Positions 1 to 11,560 of a stretch of DNA of 64,000 bases are shown one piece after another (the first letter of the stretch is position 1; each line of letters opens with the position of its first letter). A program made the translations under genes and the position numbers. Under the pieces are notes generated by a model. That model did no database searches, had not been told where the DNA came from, and worked only from the letters and a program-made list of their open reading frames with translations. This DNA is from Parcubacteria group bacterium (GTDB lineage: Bacteria; Patescibacteriota; Patescibacteriia; UBA11705; JABHMO01): positions 22 through 64,021 of the forward strand of contig JAZDPK010000048.1 of the NCBI GenBank assembly GCA_043797615.1. The letters run 5' to 3'.

Positions 1-1
1 A

Positions 2-454
2 GATCCGTTTGCCGGCTGGAATGTGATTTTAATCGAAAAGAATCCGAATATTCCGCGAGAAGGCAAGGGCAAGACAGTGGGAGGCAGAAAACAAATCGAA
101 GCCAACCAAACGCCGGAACAATATCTTAAGTTATTACAAACTGCTAAACAATACGCGAACGAACAAGGGTTGACATTGGAAGATTGGCTGACGCAATTTT
201 TGGTTTATTTGGAAAAGACAAATCAAGTGATTGATGATTACGCGGGCAAGGGCAGCGCGTGTTATTTGCTGGCGTCGTTTAACAAGATTGCGCGCGCCCT
301 GGGTTGCGGCTACTGGTGTCAGTACAAGAATCAGGCGGGCTTGCGCGGGAGCAATCCGGAGCATCAGTTTGACCCTATCGGCTGTCGCGCTGCGGTTGGG
401 GTGGGGAAAGTTGATAAAGTCCCAATGGGATCCCTTCGGGGTTTAATAAGTTGA
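2..454 (+). CDS. hypothetical protein (5' end lies outside the window)
   Basis: Frame is open from base 2 to the stop at 452-454 (ORF track 23..454). No motif recognised. The last ~15 codons (VDKVPMGSLRGLIS) are translated from an intergenic repeat that recurs at 43708 and 54608. Confidence 0.45.
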   Translation, partial: DPFAGWNVILIEKNPNIPREGKGKTVGGRKQIEANQTPEQYLKLLQTAKQYANEQGLTLEDWLTQFLVYLEKTNQVIDDYAGKGSACYLLASFNKIARALGCGYWCQYKNQAGLRGSNPEHQFDPIGCRAAVGVGKVDKVPMGSLRGLIS

Positions 455-468
455 TAGAGTTGATTGAT
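406..468. repeat. gttgata-word element with double mini-hairpin core, copy 1
   Basis: gaaagttgataaag-tcccaatggga-tcccttcgggg-tttaataagttgatagagttgatt. Confidence 0.75.
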
Positions 469-603
469 TTGGAAATTGAAAGAACTAACGGCGGTGCATA
501 ACTCGTTTGACCGGCTTTTTTCCGCATGGCATAATTTGCCTGTTCGCGATTATCGAATAGCACGAACTTTTCAGGCGGTTTCTTTAAAAAATGGAGGGAA
601 ACC

Positions 604-870
604 ATGGAAGCGAATTCGAAAAATGAAGCGGTCGGCGGAGAAACCTGGTCGAAAGAAAAGCAATGTTCAAAATGCGGGACACGCTTGATCGTAACCGCGC
701 AGAAGCTGCAATCCGACGCCCAAGGCAATTACGTTCATTGTCCGACTTGCTGCCGCGTGGTCAGAATGGCGCCGCATGAAGTTCCGTCAGAAGTGAAGCA
801 GCAAGTCCAAGTCCGCCGCCTGCTCGAGCAAACCAAAGCGCAATGTCCGCGGAAATTGCATTTCCATTGA
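604..870 (+). CDS. small Zn-ribbon-like protein (CxxC...CxxC), hypothetical
   Basis: 88-aa ORF with CSKCG...CPTCC. GGAGGG lies 6 nt upstream of the ATG, and a hairpin terminator follows. Confidence 0.55.
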   Translation: MEANSKNEAVGGETWSKEKQCSKCGTRLIVTAQKLQSDAQGNYVHCPTCCRVVRMAPHEVPSEVKQQVQVRRLLEQTKAQCPRKLHFH

Positions 871-878
871 ACAAGCTG

Positions 879-912
879 AAAGCGCGTACTTTATAAGGAA
901 CGCGCTTTTAAA
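879..912 (+). terminator. rho-independent terminator candidate
   Basis: aaagcgcg (879-886) pairs with cgcgcttt (901-908), followed by T/A-rich sequence. It lies 9 nt after the stop of 604..870. Confidence 0.5.
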
Positions 913-1056
913 ATCCAATCATTATCCCGCATTCGCTCGCCTCGCCGTAGTTGTGAACGAAGGCGGGCTGTGTGGGAGTATAATTTCCTCCCTGACAACG
1001 AGTCAGGGGTAATCATATTATAATCCGGCCGTTTTGATTCAAAATAAAATCAAGCA

Positions 1057-1085
1057 TTGACGGGAATAATTTTCCATGCTATTAT
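1057..1085 (+). promoter_or_regulatory. sigma70-like promoter candidate
   Basis: TTGACG (1057-1062), 17-nt spacer, TATTAT (1080-1085), about 70 nt upstream of the 1158 ATG. Confidence 0.45.
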
Positions 1086-1157
1086 GATTATCATTCGAAC
1101 TGAACATACGACGAATTCAAATATCCTTTAATCTTCAATAATGAAAGGAGAGAGAAG

Positions 1158-1394
1158 ATGTGCGACGCGACCCGCGAATGGTACAAGTTGATAAAGTGCC
1201 GGAATTGCGGCGAAGAATTTACTTTGACATTGCAAAATCTCACGTGCGAACCGAACGCGTGCGCTGTGGCGGGAATGGTTCAGGAATACATTTACACGTG
1301 TCCGGAATGCCACAAGGAATGCGACATCGACAGCGCGGAAATTCCGCATGAAATCCGGGCGCGGCTTCTGGATGCCGGCGCGCAATCGATTTGA
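1158..1394 (+). CDS. small Cys-rich Zn-ribbon-like protein, hypothetical
   Basis: 78-aa ORF with CRNCG...CPECHKEC. RBS gaaaggagag lies upstream of the ATG. Confidence 0.6.
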   Translation: MCDATREWYKLIKCRNCGEEFTLTLQNLTCEPNACAVAGMVQEYIYTCPECHKECDIDSAEIPHEIRARLLDAGAQSI

Positions 1395-1448
1395 AAAACG
1401 AAAAAGCGCAACCTCGACAGGCGGCGCTTTTTATTATTATCCGAAAGC

Positions 1449-2126
1449 TTATAGCGCGATTTTGACGCTCGGTCCCATGGTCGTGGAAAGGAAAATGTTT
1501 TTGATGTAATTTCCCTTGGCGGTTTCCGGCTTGGCTTTCTTGATGGCGGCGACGAGCGCTTCGTAATTGGCAACGAGCTTGGACGAATCCGTGCTGACTT
1601 TGCCGATGGTCTGGTGGATGTTGGCCGTGTCGTCGTTTTTGAAAGCCACTTTGCCTTGCTTCAATTCCTGAATCATCTTTTTCAAATTCGGCGAAATGGT
1701 TTCGTTCTTCGGCGAAGGCATGAGCCCTTTCGGTCCGAGAGTTTTCGCCAAGGGGCCGATGGCGCGCATCATCTCCGGCACCGCGACCAGGATGTCGAAT
1801 TCGATCTTGCCGGATTTCTGCAGCTCGGCCACGCTTGTTTCGGTGTACACGATGTCGGCGCCGGCGTCTTTGGCTTCGGTTGCTCTGGCTTCGGGAACGA
1901 AGGCTGCGACTTTCTTCGACTTGCCGAAGCAAAACGGCAAAACCACGGTGCCGCGGACTTGCTGTTCGCCCTTTTTTGGATCGACGCCCAGGCGGAAATG
2001 GATTTCGATCGTTTCGTCGAATTTCGCGCCCGGGTTTTTCTTCAGCAATTCCAATGCTTCGGCAACGGGATAGAGCTTGGCCTTGTCGATGAGCTTGGAG
2101 ATTTTCGCGTAGCGTTTTGAGCGCAT
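1449..2126 (-). CDS. rplA: 50S ribosomal protein L1
   Basis: 225-aa ORF. Typical L1 sequence: FDETIEIHFRLGVDPKK, QQVRGTVVLP, GPLAKTLGPKGLMPSPK. Confidence 0.95.
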   Translation of the reverse strand: MRSKRYAKISKLIDKAKLYPVAEALELLKKNPGAKFDETIEIHFRLGVDPKKGEQQVRGTVVLPFCFGKSKKVAAFVPEARATEAKDAGADIVYTETSVAELQKSGKIEFDILVAVPEMMRAIGPLAKTLGPKGLMPSPKNETISPNLKKMIQELKQGKVAFKNDDTANIHQTIGKVSTDSSKLVANYEALVAAIKKAKPETAKGNYIKNIFLSTTMGPSVKIAL

Positions 2127-2243
2127 AAAATTGGTAATGGGTAACGCGCAATGCGTAACGGTAAATTAGTTATGCAAAACGCGTTTTAATGATTATTGTT
2201 CAGACGAGCTTGGCCAAGCAATAGACGCGTTGTAATGATTATT

Positions 2244-2275
2244 GTTCAGACGAGCTTGGCCAAGCTCGTCTGAAC
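2244..2275. repeat. 32-nt perfect palindrome, copy A
   Basis: gttcagacgagcttgg|ccaagctcgtctgaac. Preceded by a 41-nt direct repeat (2179-2219 and 2225-2265, 40 of 41 identical). Confidence 0.85.
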
Positions 2276-2523
2276 AGCAGAATAAAAAAACAAGCCGACA
2301 CGACCTGTTTTGTCACGCAACATGTAGCATGCATCACGTATCAATAAATCTTCGTTAGATTTTTGTTACATGTTTCATGCTACATGATTCATGAGTATGA
2401 ACGGTCGTGGTAATGGCGCCAGGAACCCGAGCCCGGATTTGGGCGAGTGGTGCGTGGCTTCCACAACGATATAAATTGTAAAGAAAAAAATTGTCTGGAC
2501 TGTCGGCGCATAATCATGCACCG

Positions 2524-2949
2524 TTATTCAACGATTGTGACTCCCATTTGCCGCGCCGTGCCGGCGATTATTTTCATCGCCGCGTCAATGTCGTTCGCGT
2601 TCAGGTCCGGCATCTTGGTCTCGGCGATCTGCCGCAGCTGCTCCTTCGTGATCTTGCCGACTTTTTCGGTCAGCGGATTGGCCGCGCCTTTCTCGATGCC
2701 GGCCGCTTTCTTGATCAGCTCGGAAGTCGGAGGCGTTTTCATGATGAAGGAAAAGCTCCGGTCTTCATAAAGCGTGATGACCACCGGCACGATGTCGCCC
2801 ATCTTGCTCTTGGTCGCTTCGTTGAACTGGTTGCAGAATTTCTGGATTTCAATGCCGTGCTGTCCGAGCGCCGGTCCGACCGGAGGCGCCGGCGTGGCTT
2901 TGCCCGCCGGAATCTGCAATTTGATTTTCGTCACTACTTTTTTCGCCAT
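2524..2949 (-). CDS. rplK: 50S ribosomal protein L11
   Basis: ORF 2524..3006 trimmed to the internal start [32 protein letters not shown] (canonical L11 N-terminus), giving 141 aa. Confidence 0.95.
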   Translation of the reverse strand: MAKKVVTKIKLQIPAGKATPAPPVGPALGQHGIEIQKFCNQFNEATKSKMGDIVPVVITLYEDRSFSFIMKTPPTSELIKKAAGIEKGAANPLTEKVGKITKEQLRQIAETKMPDLNANDIDAAMKIIAGTARQMGVTIVE

Positions 2950-3137
2950 AAAATTTTTAGCGCCGAGGCATTGCTTCCCGACCCCGCAAATGCGGGGGGG
3001 GAGCAAATCAAGGCAACTACATTATAATAAATTATTTCACGAATAACGCGAATGTTCACGAATTGCCCGAATATCTTAAGATAATTGTCTGAAATAATTC
3101 GTGTCGATTCGTGCGATTTTATTCGTGTAATTCGTGA

Positions 3138-3683
3138 TTATATTTTTTTCACCTGGAGATAATCAAGTTCCACCGGTGTTTCCCGGCCGAACATGGAGAC
3201 CAGCACTTTGACTTTGCCGCGCTCTTCGTCGATCGCCGCGATTTTGCCTTCGAAATTTTTGAACGGGCCGTCCACGATCTTGACCGGCGCGTCCAAGGAA
3301 ACGTCGATTGAATATTTCGGCTCTTCCACGCCCATGCGCCTCTGCAATGTTTTGATTTCTTCGTCCGATACCGGCGTCGGAATGGTGCTGGTGCCGATGA
3401 AGCCGGTAACGCTCGGCGTATTGCGCACGACGTACCAGCTGTTGTCGTCGACGATCATCTCCACGAACACGTAACCCGGGAAGATTTTCTCGGTGACGAT
3501 TTTGCGCTTGCCGTTTTTGATTTTTATTTTTTTCTCCGTGGGAATGAGGATGTTGAAGATCTTGCCTTCCATGTCCATCGACTCGATGCGCTGCTTTAGG
3601 TTGTCAGACACGTTTTCTTCGTAGCCGGAATAAGTGTGGATGACGTACCAGCGCTTCCCAGCGTCGCTTGCTTGTTTTGGCAT
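3138..3683 (-). CDS. nusG: transcription termination/antitermination factor NusG
   Basis: 181 aa. WYVIHTYSGYE NGN start and a KOW region (VKIVDGPFKNFEGKI). Sits in the conserved secE-nusG-rplK-rplA order. Confidence 0.95.
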   Translation of the reverse strand: MPKQASDAGKRWYVIHTYSGYEENVSDNLKQRIESMDMEGKIFNILIPTEKKIKIKNGKRKIVTEKIFPGYVFVEMIVDDNSWYVVRNTPSVTGFIGTSTIPTPVSDEEIKTLQRRMGVEEPKYSIDVSLDAPVKIVDGPFKNFEGKIAAIDEERGKVKVLVSMFGRETPVELDYLQVKKI

Positions 3684-3783
3684 ATTTAAATTTTATTTAA
3701 AGTAATGAATGGCGAGTGAATTTTTCCGTCCGCTTCAGCGGAGCGGATTGTTTCCCGCACAGCTAAAGCTGACGGAAAGATCC

Positions 3784-3975
3784 TTACAAAATTTTCGTCA
3801 ACGCCCCGGCGAAAATATAATCAAGCACGCCGATCAGAGCGGCCGTAAACAAGCTGATCAAAATCACGATCAGGGTGTGCTTCACTGTTTCGCTCTTCGT
3901 GGGCCAGGCGACTTTTTTCAATTCGTTTTTCGAGTCGATCAGATAGCGGCTAAGTTTGTTTTCTTTAAGTGACAT
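3784..3975 (-). CDS. secE: preprotein translocase subunit SecE
   Basis: 63 aa. ELKKVAWPTKSE motif followed by a single TM helix, immediately upstream of nusG. Confidence 0.85.
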   Translation of the reverse strand: MSLKENKLSRYLIDSKNELKKVAWPTKSETVKHTLIVILISLFTAALIGVLDYIFAGALTKIL

Positions 3976-4056
3976 AAATATAAAATTGGATAATAAATTA
4001 AATTTTAAACACTAAATTTTAAGCTCTAAATAAATCCAAAGCACAAAGTCCAAAAC

Positions 4057-4097
4057 CAGTGCAGCGCAGTCGTGCCGACAGGCTGCACTGCGCTGTC
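4057..4097. repeat. 41-nt conserved hairpin element, copy 1
   Basis: cagtgcagcgcagtcgtgccgacaggctgcactgcgctgtc, identical at three sites. cagcgcagt pairs with actgcgctg, and an inner gcc-gaca-ggc also pairs. Confidence 0.9.
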
Positions 4098-4256
4098 AAA
4101 ATAAATTTAAAGTATAAAATTCAAAATTTAAATAAAACAACGAATGAACTGGCATGGTAATCAACCAATAAACCAATCAACTTTATCAACTTCCTTGGTT
4201 TCTAAAAAGGCCCTCAGGCCCAATGCGCTTATTATAATGTAAATCTAAAAAAAATG

Positions 4257-4286
4257 CAAGCCGTGTACCGTATGGTGCACGGCAAG
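4257..4286. repeat. ccgtgtacc hairpin repeat, single copy
   Basis: caagccgtgtaccgtatggtgcacggcaag. The stem ccgtgtacc/ggtgcacgg pairs fully only as + strand RNA (one G-U pair). Confidence 0.7.
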
Positions 4287-4375
4287 GGGGTGTGCATAAG
4301 TGATAGCGGACAAAAATTTTTTGCTTGGCTAGCAGCGTTAAAATGTCTAATTTTAATTAAAATAAGCTAAAGCCG

Positions 4376-4404
4376 TTGACATCTTGCGATAAATATGATA
4401 TTAT
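4376..4404 (+). promoter_or_regulatory. sigma70-like promoter candidate
   Basis: TTGACA (4376-4381), 17 nt, TATTAT (4399-4404), 55 nt upstream of the 4459 ATG. Confidence 0.5.
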
Positions 4405-4458
4405 GTCTTATTCGCGCTCATTAAAAATTTTGTTAATTTAAAGAATAAGGAGAAGACT

Positions 4459-4716
4459 ATGAACGATGAAAATTACTTCGGACATTTGGCTGAACGCCGG
4501 ACGTCGCCCGAGAAAAAATCTTCGTCTTTGGATTGGCTCATGAGAAAAATGTTTTTCAGATTTTGCGCGTTAATGGTGGTGATGATCGTTTTTGCCTATT
4601 GCTGCGGAACCTATGGCGTTCGCAAAGAAATTTTTTATCCAGTTTTTGGTTTATATGTTATCTACATGTTAATTGCACTGGTGTCGTATTTCAAGAAAAT
4701 GGTGAAGGGTTCATAA
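4459..4716 (+). CDS. small membrane protein, hypothetical
   Basis: 85-aa ORF with RBS aaggag upstream and two predicted hydrophobic helices. Confidence 0.55.
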   Translation: MNDENYFGHLAERRTSPEKKSSSLDWLMRKMFFRFCALMVVMIVFAYCCGTYGVRKEIFYPVFGLYVIYMLIALVSYFKKMVKGS

Positions 4717-4736
4717 TAATTCATTAGAACGAAAGG

Positions 4737-4859
4737 ATGAAGAAAATGGCTGAAAGCTGGGGAAAAGTCAAGAAAACCGCATGCGTAGTGCTGTTGTCCG
4801 GAACGGTAATCGCAGCGATTTTGGTCGCGTGGGGCGTTCTCGCGTTGAAGTGCGGATGA
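4737..4859 (+). CDS. possible 40-aa membrane peptide
   Basis: Hand-translated: MKKMAESWGKVKKTACVVLLSGTVIAAILVAWGVLALKCG*. aaagga lies upstream. Too short for the ORF track and unsupported by homology. Confidence 0.25.
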   Translation: MKKMAESWGKVKKTACVVLLSGTVIAAILVAWGVLALKCG

Positions 4860-5075
4860 ACGTCAGCATGGCGTATCGTGATAGGCGGAAAAATATTTTA
4901 GCTGCGGCGGGTGATTCTTACATCACTCGCCGTTTTATTTTAAAATCTTATTGACATTTGTAAAAAATATATGATACTGTAATTCAAAGCGACCAATTCC
5001 AACCCGGCGATTTGTCCGGTTCGGCAAGCCATGTACCAGTCGCAAAGCTCCGGTACATGGCAGGGAGGTTTGAAA

Positions 5076-5408
5076 ATGAAAAAATTTGTTGTCGTCTTGT
5101 TCGTTGCGGCGTTCGCTTTCGTCTGCCTGGCAATGTCCGGCTGCGAGAACAAGAACGCGTCCAAGCGCAAAGCCGAATTTGTTTCCGGAGGCGCGGAAAA
5201 CATTCAGCCGAAAGCCCGTCCCGAGTTCCTGATGCAAAAGGCGAGCGCGGCGCAGGCGCAAAACCGGATGCCGCCGTTTTGCGGAGGAATACCGGCGACC
5301 GTGTCGAAGAGCGAGGCCGGAATGAAAGGCGCCAAGCCCGTTTTTCTGAAAAACGACAAACCCGGGCGCGGGAAAGTGGAAACGCGGAAAGTGAAAGGAT
5401 CAGTTTGA
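5076..5408 (+). CDS. putative lipoprotein, hypothetical
   Basis: ORF 5031..5408 trimmed to MKKFVVVLFVAAFAFVCLAMSGC (signal peptide with a lipobox-like Cys). GGGAGG lies upstream of this ATG. Confidence 0.55.
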   Translation: MKKFVVVLFVAAFAFVCLAMSGCENKNASKRKAEFVSGGAENIQPKARPEFLMQKASAAQAQNRMPPFCGGIPATVSKSEAGMKGAKPVFLKNDKPGRGKVETRKVKGSV

Positions 5409-5423
5409 TTTCCACCAACCGAA

Positions 5424-5456
5424 AAAGAAGCAGTCAAAGATTGCTTCTTTTAAATT
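5424..5456 (+). terminator. rho-independent terminator candidate
   Basis: aaagaagca (5424-5432) pairs with tgcttcttt (5442-5450), then T-rich sequence. Lies 16 nt after the stop at 5408. Confidence 0.5.
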
Positions 5457-5627
5457 TGCGTTACGAACGTCGTTACGAATTACAAATTTTTACGTATATA
5501 CGAATTTACGAATAATTTAAGAATGAAATTTTATTAAGTAAGTAGTAATTTGGATATTTATTTATTCTTTGGGGTAAAATAATTCCACCTGACTTTAGTC
5601 AGAAAATACATCTTGAGAAAATATTCT

Positions 5628-5672
5628 CCGACTTCCGCCTTCGTTAAAACTACGGCGGACAAGAAAGTCGGG
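5628..5672 (-). terminator. hairpin downstream of gyrB
   Basis: Nested stem ccgactt-ccgcc...ggcgg-...aagtcgg, 15 nt downstream of the gyrB stop on the minus strand. T-rich tail (attttctc) on that strand. Confidence 0.4.
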
Positions 5673-5686
5673 TAGAAATTAAGAAT

Positions 5687-7891
<2,205 letters not shown>

Positions 7892-8020
7892 TTAATGTGA
7901 ATAGGCAACGGGGATAAATCAGTGGCGGTTTTCAGCGGTTTGTTGTATAATAAAGACAGTCAAATGTACGATAAAATCGTACGGTTGAAATTATAATTTA
8001 AAATACATACACATACAAAC

Positions 8021-9482
8021 ATGAATGCGATTATAAAAAAACAAAACGGCGTAGTGTATACTCCGGAGTGGGTGGCGGATTTTATTATTGACGAGGCTTT
8101 TGCCGATAGAAAAATAAAAGGGAATGAAAAAATATTGGATGCGGGTTGCGGCGAAGGCGTTTTTACCGTTATTGCCGCGCAAAAATTCGCAAAATTATCG
8201 GGGAAGAAAATAAATAAAGTCATCGAGGAAAATATTTATTTTACGGATATATCGGAGGAATCAGTGGAAAAGACAAAACAAAACTTGCAAAATTTATCAA
8301 AAAATAAAATTAAAAAGTTCAATGCGATCTGCGATGATTTTTGCTTTCATGAATTCAATGAAAAATTCGATTTTATAATAGGCAATCCTCCTTATGTGCG
8401 CATTCAGCATTTAAATGGACGCAAGGATCTATTGCAAAAAAAATATATTACCGCATCCAGCGGCTCGATCGATTTATATTTTTGTTTTTTTGAAAAAGCT
8501 CTTAATTTACTCGGTCAAAACGGAAAAACCGCTTTTATAACGCCAAACTCGCATTTTTATTCGGCGGCCGGCAAAAATTTGCGCAATTTGTTGTTGCCGC
8601 ATTTATTAAAGATAATAAATTTCGATCATTGCCAAATATTCAAGGATGTAACCGCTTATACGGCGATTACGATATTGCAAAAAGAAAATACTTCGGGCTT
8701 TTTGTACGCGGAAAATTATAAAAGCGATTGCGATAATCTTCAATATAAAAAAATTTCAGCCAAACACATGAGACCTGAAAGGTGGGAGTTTTTCGATGAA
8801 AAATATTTAAATAAAATCGTTAAATTCAATAAGGAGTATTCTACACTTCAGGAAATTGCTGAAATTCACTACGGCATCGCCACTTTAAAGGATGAAGTCT
8901 ATATTTTTTGTCCCGATAAAACCGACAAGAACTATTATTACACGAATGGTTTTGAAATAGAAAAAGAGCTTTGCGTCCCAATTATCAAGGCGTCGACATA
9001 TAAAGGAGAAAATCAAAATCTTTTTATTATCTTCCCTTATAAACACGAAAGGGTGATCCCTAAAAGTATTTTTTCAGCGGAATTATCCGATGGCTTACAA
9101 ATATTTATTAAGCCAACGCGCAATTTTAGAAAATAGGGACAAGGGTGGCGGCAAAAATTATGAAGAATTTTACGCTTTTGGCAGAAATCAAGGCCTGAAA
9201 ACCAGTTTTGGCAAGAAAATCATAACTAGCACGATGAATCTCACTCCGCGATTTTACGTGATCGAAGACGATAAAACCAGCTTTTACGCCGGCTATTGCA
9301 TTAAACCGAAAAACAACATCGATCTTTACGAATTGTGCGACGCGTTGAATTCGGACTTGATGAAAGAACATATAAATTCCGTTTCAAAAAGTTATCGCGG
9401 TGGATACAAATCTTATGCTAAGAGCTTTTTAAAGGATTTTGTTCATCCGCAATTTTTCAAGATACAACCAGCATTATTATAA
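8021..9482 (+). pseudogene. gamma-class N6-adenine DNA methyltransferase (Eco57I/TaqI-like), split by a frameshift
   Basis: ORF 8021..9136 has VVYTPEWV, LDAGCGEGVF and IIGNPPYV. ORF 9090..9482 (frame open from 9057: FFQRNYPMAYKYLLSQRAILENR...FYAFGRNQGL) looks like the C-terminal target-recognition part. Removing one T from the T6 run at 9069-9074 fuses them into about 486 aa. Confidence 0.8.
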
Positions 9483-9606
9483 TGGAATAGATTTCCTCGC
9501 AGCTCTGCTGCGGGGTAAAGGAAAATTATCCTATTATACCTCGCCGATACGAAGCGAAGCGGAGTGAGGGAACAGCTTGCTGCGGGGTAGTTAATTTTTA
9601 AATTAT

Positions 9607-10320
9607 ATGAATAACAACGATTTTTTGAAAGTAGTCGAAAAATCATTTATCAAGTTTTTAGAAACGCATTCCAGAAGCAATAAAAAATTAATCGTATTGC
9701 ACGGAGCGATAGCGGAAGACATTAAAAACCGGTTGGGTGGAGATTTTGAAGTCAGATCTCTTGGCATGGGCGACGGCAAAGAAGGCAAGATGGAGGGCAG
9801 ATACATGGACAAAACCGTTGATATTTTAATTTCAAATAATAAATCGGACATTGCCGGCGTCGGAGTGAAATTCGTAATGAACAATTATTCTCAAAATTCC
9901 AATAATTATTTTGAAAACATGCTTGGTGAAACCGCAAATATTAGAGCCAATAATCAAGCATATTATCAAGTCTTAATTTTGCCGGAGGAAATGCCGTATT
10001 ATGATAATTCAGGAAAGATAACGAAATGGGAAAAGCTTACCGATCACAATATTGATAAATATATCGTGTTGTCCCAGGATAATGTTGATGCATATTTGCA
10101 TACTCCGATCAAAACGTTGTTATTTATCGTTGAATTTCCAAAATGTAACCATGATATTATAACCACAAAATTAGACTATAAACGTTATTATTTGAATAAA
10201 AAAAATGATGTTTCAATGCGAGCATCAGAAAGCATAGAGGAATTGTTCGGCAAGACAATAGTGTTTAATGATTATGAAACATTTATTGAAAAGATAGTCC
10301 ATCTTATTCAAGGCGCATAA
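9607..10320 (+). CDS. putative type II restriction endonuclease (context call)
   Basis: 237-aa ORF 125 nt downstream of the methyltransferase, same strand, same low G+C. Only a weak nuclease-like core is visible (VDILISNNKSDIAGVGVKF). Confidence 0.4.
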   Translation: MNNNDFLKVVEKSFIKFLETHSRSNKKLIVLHGAIAEDIKNRLGGDFEVRSLGMGDGKEGKMEGRYMDKTVDILISNNKSDIAGVGVKFVMNNYSQNSNNYFENMLGETANIRANNQAYYQVLILPEEMPYYDNSGKITKWEKLTDHNIDKYIVLSQDNVDAYLHTPIKTLLFIVEFPKCNHDIITTKLDYKRYYLNKKNDVSMRASESIEELFGKTIVFNDYETFIEKIVHLIQGA

Positions 10321-10488
10321 AAAATGAGATTGTGACAAATTGTCAAGGTTTGAAGTTAACGCGATTATTCTCCGATCATTATAAAAAGCTGGAAAATTTT
10401 TCAAAAGAATTTGTCGGTTTTGAAAAATTGGTCTTAAATGAATTTTCGAAATTCAAAATTAAAATAATAAATTAATAAATTTTCAATT

Positions 10489-11370
10489 ATGCCCATATAC
10501 AACGACGAAACGACCGAGAAAAATTTAAAGTACGGCTATTGGTTCGTCACGCACAAAGTGATGCTGCACAAGCTCGGCATTTTGGTATTGGCGGTCGTTG
10601 CCGGCGCTCTGCTTTTGTACGGCGCGTGGGGCGTTTTTGATTATTACGTCCTTGGCCGCGATAAAAATCTGGCCGTTGAAAAGGAAATCGCCTCTTCCAA
10701 GCTGAATTACGCGCTCTTGTCCGAAATTAACAAACCGAAAAATCTGCAGGTTTTGAGCGTCAGCAGCCTGAACGGCGGGGAGGGAAAAATTGATTTGGTC
10801 GCGGAAGTGGCGAATCCGAATATTCAATGGGCGGTGGAATCTTTTGATTATCATTTTTCCTCGGGCGAGCGGAAAACGGCCGTGAAATCCGATTTTATCC
10901 TGCCCGGCCACACGAAATTCGTCCTTGATCTTGGATTTGCGAGCTTGACCAGCTTTCCGAATCCGGAGCTGACCGTGGAAAACATTAAATGGAAAAAGAC
11001 GGCGAACTTCAAAGAGCTGGAGGACAAGGTGATTGATTTTGATTTCGCGAACAAGCAAGCGCTGCCGGCGAAGCGCAGCGGCGCGAGCGCCAAATCAGCG
11101 GTTTCCACCGTTGAATTCGACGTGATAAATCGGAGCGCTTATGGTTTTTCCGAGCCGAAATTCATCGTCTTGCTCTATAGCGGAGACAATCTGGTGGGCG
11201 CGGATCAGGCGGTTTTGGACATCCTCGTGACCGGCGAAACGAAAAATGTCAGCTTGAACATCTTCCAGGACATTCCGGCCGGCGCCGGAGTGCAGATTTA
11301 TCCGGACATCAACATCCTCGATCCGGCGGCGTTCAAGGGGTTTGGCAATGAAGGAGAAGTGCCGCAGTAA
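10489..11370 (+). CDS. membrane-anchored hypothetical protein
   Basis: 293-aa ORF with one N-terminal TM helix (LGILVLAVVAGALLLYGAWGVF). No motif recognised. Confidence 0.6.
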   Translation: MPIYNDETTEKNLKYGYWFVTHKVMLHKLGILVLAVVAGALLLYGAWGVFDYYVLGRDKNLAVEKEIASSKLNYALLSEINKPKNLQVLSVSSLNGGEGKIDLVAEVANPNIQWAVESFDYHFSSGERKTAVKSDFILPGHTKFVLDLGFASLTSFPNPELTVENIKWKKTANFKELEDKVIDFDFANKQALPAKRSGASAKSAVSTVEFDVINRSAYGFSEPKFIVLLYSGDNLVGADQAVLDILVTGETKNVSLNIFQDIPAGAGVQIYPDINILDPAAFKGFGNEGEVPQ

Positions 11371-11560
11371 AATAAAACAACAAAAAAACAAAAAATCAAT
11401 AAATTAATAAATCAAAAAAATAAAAAAGTGGATTGGGTACTGGCAAATGGTAACCGGCACTTAAGAACCAGTTAACCAGACAACTAGTTAACTAGACAAC
11501 CGTTCGTTTTACATTGACGCGATAATGCGTTAAAATGGAATTGCTTTCCATTTTTTTATT

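Noticed and set aside
1240-2151. 303-aa Arg-rich ORF overlapping rplA in another frame, and several + strand ORFs in 1614..2120
   Set aside because: rplA has unmistakable L1 sequence. The overlapping frames give Arg/His/Gln-rich nonsense typical of off-frame translation.
5012-5515. 167-aa and 144-aa ORFs overlapping the lipoprotein gene 5076..5408
   Set aside because: These are alternative frames of the same region with Arg-rich products. Only the frame starting MKKFVVVLF has an RBS and a signal peptide.
9500-9589. Possible degenerate CRISPR array (two similar ~18-nt boxes 73 nt apart)
   Set aside because: There are only two copies. The boxes are too short, similarity does not extend beyond about 18 nt, and no cas genes are present. 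I kept it only as a possible regulatory repeat.
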